Assembly (NCBI RefSeq): GCF_000143415.4
Contig: NW_003314313.1
Span: forward strand, 1 to 17,308
Direction of reading: 5' to 3'
Length of the DNA: 17,308 nucleotides
Source: Selaginella moellendorffii
Taxonomy: Eukaryota > Plantae > Lycopodiophyta
A program made the translations under genes and the position numbers. Positions 8,964 through 17,308 of the stretch are shown one piece after another (the first letter of the stretch is position 1; every line of letters starts with the position of its first letter). The notes under the pieces were generated by a model that worked only from the letters and a program-made list of their open reading frames with translations, did no database searches and was not told the DNA's origin.

Positions 8964-11349
8964 ATGATGCTCACGCCTTGTTTCTTGGAGGAGGAATACG
9001 CCCTCTCCATTCCAAGCTCGTTTGATTCCTCTCCATTTGGGAGGACGCTCAAATCTAGGCATGAAAGATCGAAGAGGTAAGAATGTTTTCGTTTTGGGTT
9101 TTCTCATGGTCGAGTGGTTTCGTCCAGCGCTCCCTCGAACGAGCGTTCTTTCGATGGGTCGGAGGATGGATCCTTCTGGGACGTGTATACTCCAACTGAT
9201 CATCGCAATTGGAGGTGTCTCGATTGGAGGACGAAGCATCGTCTGGCTCTGGAACGGGATGTAAGTATCTAGTTCTTCCTCTAGTTCTCAAAAATGTTCT
9301 CACTCCAGGTTTGCTTGCTCCAAATCCGGCTACAAGAGGAGCAAGCCACACGGGCATCGTTGGAAAAAGCTCTCGTCAATGCTTCCAGCTGCCTCTCGCC
9401 CGATTGTAAAACCATCGCTACAAAGGTTTGCTCCAAACGAACTTAGATTGCCAGAAAACCAATCTTCCATTTTGTTTTATTTTTGGCTTCAAGGCGAGAG
9501 ACCTCATCGCTGAGACAGCACTGATCGAGCACGAAGTCGCCCATCTGGAAAAACGAGTTCTTTGGCTCTACCGGAAGATCCTTATCGAAAACGTTCCCAA
9601 CAAAGCCACCGATCATCTTCCGGAAAACCCAGACACCCCGAGCAAGGTGATCAAATTCGTAGTTCGTAAGAAACAGCAGGATGATCACCACCACCACTCG
9701 CGAAAATCTCCCTTGTCTCAAGATCCAATCTTCAAGTCGAGTTTCAGGGACAGATTGTCGAGCTCGCTCTTATCATCGACTTCTCCAGTCAGTAGCAAGG
9801 TAACAATAAAATGTGTTTTTGTTTCTTCTAACTCTTCTCTTGTCTTGTTCTTCGTCTAGGCATCTCCGTTGCATCATCTACTCGGAGCAATCCAGCCAAG
9901 GGCCCGAAAGGTATGATTATTTTGTTTGTCTCTTTGGATTTTGTATGATACTTAAGTAAGTTCTAAACGTTTTTTGCTGTAGAAACTCTCTGAGATGCCA
10001 GAAACACCCCCGAGCTTGACGCTGGAGAGGTTTTCCAGTGGTTTTGTTGGAAGCCCCAGCGAGCTGTCGGCAGCGCTCGTTCGTGGCATGGCTGGGATCT
10101 TTGGCAAGCTCGCAGATGTGCCTCAAAGCTCGCCTTCTCCACTCTTTTCCTCCTGGTCGAGTTCGTCCAGCCCCCGGAACCTTGGAGGCCTCTTGAGCAA
10201 TCCATTCCAGCTCTCCAAGCAGCTGGGAGACTGTGGAGCGTACAGGTTTGTCGTGGAGGTTCCTTGGATCTCGATCGACAAGCAGCAGCTCGGCTACGTA
10301 GCACAGCCTCTTCAAGAATTCAAGTAAGCTATCAAATTCTCAGCTGTTTCTTTTATATGCTTATGTGGAATTCTAGGACGATGGTCAAACAGCTCTCCAA
10401 GGTGGATGTAGCATCCATGGATTGCAACGAAAAGCTAGCGTTTTGGATCAACATCTATAATGCGCTTGTGATGCATGTAAGATTGAGTGTCTATGGTGTT
10501 ATATTTGTATGAATGTGGAACTTCCTCTCAGGCACATTTGGCTTATGGAATCCCAACCAGCAAATCTAAGCGAGAATCACTTCTACACAAGGTCTGTGAA
10601 ACATGATGAGAGTTCTTCACATATGGTTAGTGATGGAATACTTTGATCTTTAGTGCAGGCAGCCTATAAGGTTGGCAGTGTTTCTGTGACTGCCTACACT
10701 ATAGCACAGTTTGTTCTCGCTTGGCGATCAGATTCTCAAAACTCTCGAGAGGTCTATCCATTTAATCAAATGAAACTCTCCACTCGATCCAATCTTTGTG
10801 TGATGATCATGCAGTGGCTGCAAGCTTTGATATCTCCCCTAGCGCGGCCCAAACCGAGGATCAAACGTACGTTTACGTACAGCCTTCCACATCCGGAGCC
10901 CCTCGTATGTTTTGCACTTTGCTCCGGAGCTCGTTCTGATCCATCGGTAAGGTCAATTGTTTATAATTGTTGTCCCACCATACATGTTATGTCAATGTTT
11001 ATTATTGTTATTGTTAAATCGCTAATATTGTTCTTTTTGTTTTACACAGTTGCGAGTTTACACAGCAATCCATGTCAGAGCCCAGCTCCAGATTGCGAAG
11101 TTGGAGTTTTTACAAGCAAGTGTTGGTGTTGGAGCCAAGAATACACTACTCCTGCCGAGAATCCTCCACGACTTTCTTAGCGAGATTGGCGTTAGCAGCA
11201 GGGGACTGCTGCAGTGGCTGTGTCACAATCTCCCCGAGCAACACTCCCTCAGTCTCAAGGCTTGTGTCAAGCATTTGGCGTTTGAATGGCTGCCTTATAA
11301 CTCAAGCTTTAGATACATGTTTGTACGGGACTTGCTAGATTTTGGATGA
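8964..11349 (+). CDS. Ternary-complex-factor MIP1 leucine-zipper + DUF547 domain protein; 11 exons: 8964-9076, 9128-9260, 9309-9425, 9494-9799, 9860-9910, 9983-10323, 10377-10476, 10532-10591, 10659-10751, 10815-10946, 11050-11349 (~581 aa)
   Basis: All ten introns are GT-AG (48-103 nt) and splice to one 1746-nt open frame. Family-typical motifs: N-terminal RHERSKS, leucine zipper ALERDVCLLQIRLQEEQATRASLEKAL...ARDLIAETALIEHEVAHLEKRVLWLYRK, DUF547 EKLAFWINIYNALVMHAHLAYGIP, EPLVCFALCSGARSDPSLRVYTA, and C-terminal EWLPYNSSFRY. Confidence 0.9.
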
Positions 11350-11879
11350 TAATATAATGTTATTTCCGTCTAAATGCATAAAAGTACATGGAAAACCATA
11401 ACAACATATTATTTCTTGCCAATGTGTTCCACAATCTTTACCATGATTAGCAGTTCTTATAGAGCATCTTTTAGAATTATAAAACATATAATATTAAATT
11501 ACAGTCTAAATGTAAATATAAATGTGATTTTCAATTTAGAGAAGTTAAAAAACTTCTTGAGTGCAAATATTGATTTGACATATTAAAATAGCTGCACCTT
11601 TAATTTCATTTGTACTTATACAAATTCACATTTGCTCTTTTTCACATAAAATTTTGTTATCACATAGTACTAAGAAAACCTTATGCAAATGCATTTTATG
11701 CTCTTCCTGCTAATGGCAAACAAATTGTGATTGCAATCTTTGGGGGGTAAAAAGGTGTACTTGGGATAGGTGGCTTAGCAAAAGAATGTATTAGCTTACA
11801 AGATATATGAATTTAATCCTTGAATTCATATATATGACTCAATAAAATAATATTTTGGATGCATCTTTTTTTTCAAAGC

Positions 11880-13045
11880 ACATATATATTGGTCTGTATG
11901 GCCATACATACCAATATATAAATTCTTAATTCTCATCAGTTTATTTACTATATCAATATCTTTTTCTTCATCTTTGAAGTTTAACATAATGCATAACAAA
12001 ATATAACCAGATTAGAAGTGTAGCTAAACAATATATTATAAATACTACTCACCAAAAGACTCCTAGACATGAGCCTCCACACATTGGCTGTTGTCTGTTG
12101 CCAGCTGTGCCAATTTGGTAAGGGCTTATGATGCATTGGGCATGCATTTGCAAGCTTCACTTGGCATGAAGTGTTTATGCATGTGGTAGGCCCCTAATTG
12201 TATCTGCATATGTGTAAATAAAAAATGCACCATATGTAATCAAATATTCATTACCATATCAATTTAATGAAAATAGGATTTTTCTTCATAGTATCCTAGG
12301 ATGTTTAGATAAAACTTTATTTGATGCTATATAAAGCTAAATTACAAGTATTTTAAAGATTAAGAGATGTGTTTACATATCAATTTGGTTTTGGAGTACA
12401 ATAATATTTTGGAAATTTTCATTTTTTGAGTATAACACTATATTTCCATATAAAAATAGTTTTTGATTTGGAAAAATTAAAAAACTTATTATGCTGATTA
12501 GCCACACCTTTGAGTTCACTAGCAAGTAATTTATGATAAGTTTTGGGACTCCAAAAAGGGGAGGTGTATCTAGTGTGTGCAATCTGACAAAAAAATGTAT
12601 TAACTTGCAAGATATATAAATTTAAAACAGATTGCACTCCTACTTGGGCCCAAGAAACACAATTGTTTATATATATATATCTCTGTGTGTGTGTGTGTGA
12701 CTCTCATTATCACAAAGCTCCCTATGTGATGGATGGTGAAAAGCTTGACAGTACAGATCAAATGCATATTGGCATGTATGCCCATGTATGAATTCTTATT
12801 CCAATGTCAAAGTTATTTACTATGTCAACATCTTCTTCTTCATCTTTTTAAGTTTAGCAAGAATGGCAAAAATGTGTGGTGAGATTCAATTGGATTGAAA
12901 GTGTACCTAAATCATGCATCATAGACATTCACTGCCAAAAGAGTGCTGGCCATGAGCTTCCACACATTGGCTATCGTCCATTGCCAACTTTGCCAATCTA
13001 GCAATGCACTTGATTAGGGCTTCTGATGCACTGAGCACACACTTG
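11880..13045 (+). repeat. Diverged non-coding direct repeat of ~270 bp: copy 1 at ~11880-12150, copy 2 at ~12762-13045
   Basis: Collinear shared words: atattgg..tgtatg.ccat; ttatttactat.tcaa.atctt.ttcttcatcttt; ccaaaaga; catgagc.tccacacattggct; agggctt.tgatgca.tg.gca. Confidence 0.8.
12668..12699. repeat. Compound microsatellite (TA)6-CTCT-(GT)7
   Basis: Read directly: tatatatatatatctctgtgtgtgtgtgtgtg. Confidence 0.85.
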
Positions 13046-13818
13046 TGATCTTATGTAATTACATGCACCTGGGCATCAATCTAGAGTCTAGCTGATCTCT
13101 ACTTCAGAACAAGAAAAAATTGTGAATACCATATATATTACAGCATAGCACTCAAGCTCTTTGCAAAGGATGAAGGTTTGATCTAGGGGAGTAAAATTTT
13201 ACAGTAGCAGCAAGTGCTAGATGAGATTGTAGCATAGTATGGTACATCAAATAAATTGGAGCTTACAATCTTGCTGTCAAAAAAGAGGAGATGATAGAGC
13301 TGTACACGTCATTGCAAGTGGCATACCCCTTGCATATGGTATGTCCTATGCAAATATTATAATGCACACAAACACATTTTGATTTGTATAATAGCAATTA
13401 AAATGCAATTGAATATATTTGCATGTGTAAACACCCAATTAACACCTACTAAATTAAAAAATAACATATTAACTTGATTAAAGAATATTCAGTTCTACAT
13501 GTAATCCTCACAGGTGAACATTGAGCCAAAGAATTTCTACCAGATTTCGAGATCAAGTGCCAATCCTTAGTCATAGATGCCATGCTCATGATTACACTGC
13601 AGCTGAGTCAGACGCAAAACAAGGGTGACAATACTTCTCACCACAACTAAATGAGGATCACATTGAGGTTCCAACCCAAGATGCCACAGGAGGGGTGGCA
13701 GGCAGATCAGGGGACAGAAGGCTTGGTGCCAGAAGACCTAGAGGAGTTCAGCGAAGGAATGGCTCATGACATCTTATTATCTTGGTGGCCACCACAAGAC
13801 ATTGTAAACAGCTAATGA

Positions 13819-15208
13819 ATGAATACCTTTAATGCTATTGTTCAGTTGCTAAAATCCTGCCGAGACATTTCAGAAGGCAAGCGTCTCCACAACCAAATCA
13901 CCCGCCAATTGCCTCACGATCGCTACTTGGGCAATCTCTTGATCCAAATGTATGGCAAGTGCGCGGATCCCACTTCTGCGCTGTTTGTCTTCCAATGCAT
14001 CCAACATCGAAATCTCTTCTCCTGGAGCCTTTTGATCACTGCGCTTGCGCAGAACGGATCAATTCTGGAATGCAAATTTCTGCTCGAGAAAATGCCACAA
14101 AGAGATCTTGTGGTTCTGAACACCGTCGCAGTTGCATATGCCCAAACTGGGTATTTTGATTTGTGTAAGAACCTGTTTGACAGTATGCCACAGCGAGATC
14201 TTATCGCATGGACGGCTCTTTTCCGCGCCTATTCTTTACGAGGTTATCTCGAATCCGCTGAGTATATCTATCTCAAGGTTCCAAGCTATGACGTCATGTT
14301 TTCCAACGCTATGCTTGTAGCATATGCCCACTTTGGGGATATTGATATGGCAAGGGGTATTTTTGAGGGAATGTTGTATAGAGACTCGGCATCTTGGAAC
14401 GTTATTATAGAGGGTTTGGGTCACAAAAGAAGATTCCTAGAAGTGAAGTCAATGTTTGATCAAATGCCTTTTAAATCTATTGTGTCATATAACTCATTGA
14501 TTTCTCTATATGCGCGGAATGGGGATTTGCTTCAATCAAAGATTTTTTTTAAGAGAATGCCACAATGGGATGTTGTCTCTTGGACGGCCCTTGCGAGTGG
14601 TTTTGCCGTTCATGGAGATATCAAAGACGCGGACGAGATCTTTCAATCCATGCCCGAGAAAAATGTGGTGAGTTGGAATTCTCTTGTGACTGCTCTTCAC
14701 AGGCGGGGGAATCTGGAGCAAGCCGAGACCACGTTTGAATCCATGGTCGAGAAGACAATCTCATCGTGGAACTCGATGATCACAGGCTACGCTTCCAACG
14801 GCGAGCTCGAGGAAGCCACGAAAATTTTCCATTCGATGCCCAGGAGAAACGCCATCTCTTGGAACTCACTCTTAGCAGCCTGTGCAAGGGATACTAAATG
14901 CTCGAGCGATGAAGCTGAAAAACTTTTCCACGGAATGCCAGGAAGAACGATGGTTTCCTTCAACACCATGATAGCCGTGTTCTCGCAAAATGGAAATCTC
15001 GATCTGGCGAGGAAAGCCTTTGATGATGTTCCGAGAGAAGAACCTCATCTCCTGGACAGTTCTCAGCGCTGGATTTGCCCAGCACGGCCGAGCAGAGAAA
15101 GCCATGATTCTCTTCAAACAAATGGACCTCGAAGGCTTAGAACCTGATGAGATTTGTTTCCTCACCGTTTTTCTTGCATGCAGCCATGCAGGAAAGCTGA
15201 GCGAGAGC
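13819..15208 (+). CDS. PLS-class pentatricopeptide repeat protein (L-S, ~11 SS motifs, then P2-L2-like motifs); +1 frameshift at ~15034; 3' end lost in the assembly gap (pseudogene or sequencing error)
   Basis: Start LLKSC...EGKRLH...YLGNLLIQMYGKC is typical of the family. Motifs recur with 31-aa period (MPQRD..., MPQWDVVSW, MPEKNVVSWN, MPRRNAISWN). A second frame continues EKNLISWTVLSAGFAQHGRAEKAMILFKQMDLEGLEPDEICFLTVFLACSHAG. Intronless. Confidence 0.9.
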
Positions 15209-15623
15209 NNNNNNNNNNNNNNNNNNNNNNNNNNNNNNNNNNNNNNNNNNNNNNNNNNNNNNNNNNNNNNNNNNNNNNNNNNNNNNNNNNNNNNNNNNNN
15301 NNNNNNNNNNNNNNNNNNNNNNNNNNNNNNNNNNNNNNNNNNNNNNNNNNNNNNNNNNNNNNNNNNNNNNNNNNNNNNNNNNNNNNNNNNNNNNNNNNNN
15401 NNNNNNNNNNNNNNNNNNNNNNNNNNNNNNNNNNNNNNNNNNNNNNNNNNNNNNNNNNNNNNNNNNNNNNNNNNNNNNNNNNNNNNNNNNNNNNNNNNNN
15501 NNNNNNNNNNNNNNNNNNNNNNNNNNNNNNNNNNNNNNNNNNNNNNNNNNNNNNNNNNNNNNNNNNNNNNNNNNNNNNNNNNNNNNNNNNNNNNNNNNNN
15601 NNNNNNNNNNNNNNNNNNNNNNN
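15209..15623. other. Assembly gap (415 N)
   Basis: Run of N characters. Confidence 1.
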
Positions 15624-15624
15624 A

Positions 15625-16290
15625 CTAAAATAAGTTCACAATTGTGAGAAGAGCAAATTCAAATCTTCTATTAGCTGAAAGTTTTTTAGAGCCAGGGACC
15701 ATTTTTGCAAACCCAAAATAGTCTTCACCACTAACCATACTTGAGCTGTCAACTGAACAATCTTGGAAATCTAAAATGGAGATATTAGCCTTTCCATGTT
15801 GCAAGCCTGTTATATTTTTAATATATGATGTGTTCATATTTGTGACCGTAGGAATCTTTGATCCATATTCAAGATAATAAAGAAGCATAAAATTTGCATT
15901 GATAATTACCATAGCGTCATAACCACCCCATTGTGTCTTATCTTTTAAGACATGATAAATGGGAAACAAACCAGTTTTAATATCTTCTCCTGATAATCCA
16001 TTAGAAACATCATACTGACCACTACAATAACCTTCATCATTTACAGGATTGAGCAACCATGCAGCCAATAAAAGTCGATATGATCCAATTACATTAAAAA
16101 GTGCATATGCACGGCCATAAGGATAACTTAACTCAGAGTTAATGGTATCAAACACCTGATCAAGTGTAGATAAAACAACATCTCGTGGATAACCTTCTGG
16201 GAGCACATTTGGGTGCTCAACATGCTCAAGTTTTGCATGTAAGCAAATAAGTAAACAGGAAGATAAGAAAAATATCATTATTGAGTTCAT
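15625..16290 (-). CDS. Orphan intronless ORF of 221 aa with a putative signal peptide; function unknown; the 3' end abuts the gap
   Basis: 666-nt stop-free frame in DNA of ~30-35% GC, where random ORFs are short. Hydrophobic N-terminus MNSIMIFFLSSCLLICLHA; globular-protein composition; N-glycosylation sequons NTS, NIT, NIS. Confidence 0.6.
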   Translation of the reverse strand: MNSIMIFFLSSCLLICLHAKLEHVEHPNVLPEGYPRDVVLSTLDQVFDTINSELSYPYGRAYALFNVIGSYRLLLAAWLLNPVNDEGYCSGQYDVSNGLSGEDIKTGLFPIYHVLKDKTQWGGYDAMVIINANFMLLYYLEYGSKIPTVTNMNTSYIKNITGLQHGKANISILDFQDCSVDSSSMVSGEDYFGFAKMVPGSKKLSANRRFEFALLTIVNLF

Positions 16291-16594
16291 GATAAATTAA
16301 TGCATGGTGTAATAGGCCTTGGGTTTTCATATTTATTTGCGACCATGAACATAGTGACCCGCCACGTGCAAGATTGTAAGCTTTTTCCGTGTGTCTAAAT
16401 GCTTTGTGTTTTAAGCGGCCACTTGTAAAACACTTGCGTATTATCATCATTAATATCATCAGATGAAACTACTTTCACAAGTAACAATATACTAATCATG
16501 TGACACTGTTGTTAAACACGGCAACGCTGCCATGTTCCGCATAGATATCAATGGCGAGGGCGACATGATCGATGAAGTAATCGATGGTTGGAGC

Positions 16595-16718
16595 GAGCCG
16601 AGAGGACGCCGATAGATATAGAAGGGGTGTGATCCTGAAGAGCATCGTGAAGAACTAGAGCCGAGAGGACACTGATAGATAGAAGGGGTGTGATCCGGAA
16701 GAGCATCGTGAAGAACTA
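16595..16718 (+). repeat. Tandem duplication, 2 copies (63 nt at 16595-16657; 61 nt at 16658-16718)
   Basis: gagccgagaggac.c.gataga(ta)tagaaggggtgtgatcc.gaagagcatcgtgaagaacta occurs twice, with 3 substitutions and one 2-nt indel. Confidence 0.9.
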
Positions 16719-16912
16719 TCGCATGGAAGAGCCTCGAGGGAGGAAGAGTTGTGTGAGTACTGTCACCGTGTTCTAGATAACTGGGAGATGATCACAGACG
16801 ACCCTCGCGGCTGCACACTGTCCATGTTGATGAGTGCGGCAGAGACAAGGGATGGAACTCGAGGGAAATAATTGATGAATGAACTTAGCTTTCACTTGGT
16901 AGAAGATTGGTG

Positions 16913-17308
16913 TTATGAAAAATCATCTCTCACTGGCTCAAGATCAATCGGAAATGGCTGTTTGCCTTTGCTCACTCTCTACACCAAATCAGATGTGTTA
17001 GTTTTTTCTTTTGAAATCCAAGAGCACTTAACTGCGATGGAAATTAGCTCCTCGAGCAAAACTTTGAGGTGCCTCAATGGCTGCAACAATAGAGTACCTT
17101 TAGATGAAGAACAAAAGGTGAGAGGATTATACCCATTGTGTTGGAGCATCAACTGGTGCCTTGAGAGGATTATCATGGACCTGGCATGTTCGCAAGAACA
17201 TCTAGTAACTTTAGAAAACTTACATTGTTACTAACCTCCATGAAGATCCCATCGATACCGACTGCCACGCAAGTTCTAGCGATGCAGGGAATCAGCTCTC
17301 TCAATCCG
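16913..17308 (-). CDS. kdsA: 2-dehydro-3-deoxyphosphooctonate aldolase (KDO-8-phosphate synthase), 3' four exons: 17308-17236 (5'-partial), 17180-17133, 17080-17033, 16978-16913
   Basis: Splicing three GT-AG introns (55, 52, 54 nt) gives GLRELIPCIARTCVAVGIDGIFME|VHDNPLKAPVDAPTQW|PLRHLKVLLEELISIA|RVSKGKQPFPIDLEPVRDDFS*. This closely matches the recalled C-terminus of plant KDSA (GLRELIPCIART.VAVG.DGIFMEVHD.PL.APVDGPTQWPLRHL..LLEELI.IA). Confidence 0.93.

Noticed and set aside
8706-9409. ORFs 8706..8936, 9022..9264, 9209..9409 and antisense ORFs as genes
   Set aside because: They overlap the 5' region and exons of the DUF547 gene in other frames; the true exons lie in frames not listed in the track.
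11374-12785. Short ORFs in the AT-rich spacer
   Set aside because: 60-72 aa, with Ile/Phe/Lys/Asn-biased composition typical of random AT-rich frames.
13513-13770. GC-richer stretch as an upstream PPR exon or transit peptide
   Set aside because: The frames examined are interrupted by stops, and no convincing donor/acceptor pair joining it in frame to 13819 was found.
16872-17234. 120-aa plus-strand ORF
   Set aside because: Antisense to the spliced kdsA exons; no independent support.

Overview
Eukaryotic land-plant nuclear DNA. It is most consistent with a lycophyte such as Selaginella; this is inferred from the 45-70 nt GT-AG introns, the compact gene spacing and a PPR gene built from a long run of 31-aa SS-type motifs. 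Left to right the window holds: (1) a 3-exon Glu/Gln/Lys-rich repeat-protein gene followed by ~3 kb of internally duplicated, frameshifted coiled-coil relics; (2) a 3-exon membrane-anchored PMEI+pectin methylesterase; (3) a degenerate tRNA-Gln(UUG) on the minus strand; (4) an 11-exon MIP1 leucine-zipper/DUF547 gene; (5) an AT-rich spacer with a diverged ~270-bp duplication and palindromes; (6) a PLS-class PPR gene with a +1 frameshift that runs into a 415-N gap; (7) an AT-rich intronless orphan ORF with a signal peptide and a tentative ribosome-inactivating-protein-like motif layout; (8) a 2-copy ~62-bp tandem repeat; and (9) the last four exons of a KDO-8-phosphate synthase (kdsA) gene on the minus strand, which the ORF track does not reveal. 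No database searches were run; all calls come from reading the sequence and from recalled family motifs.
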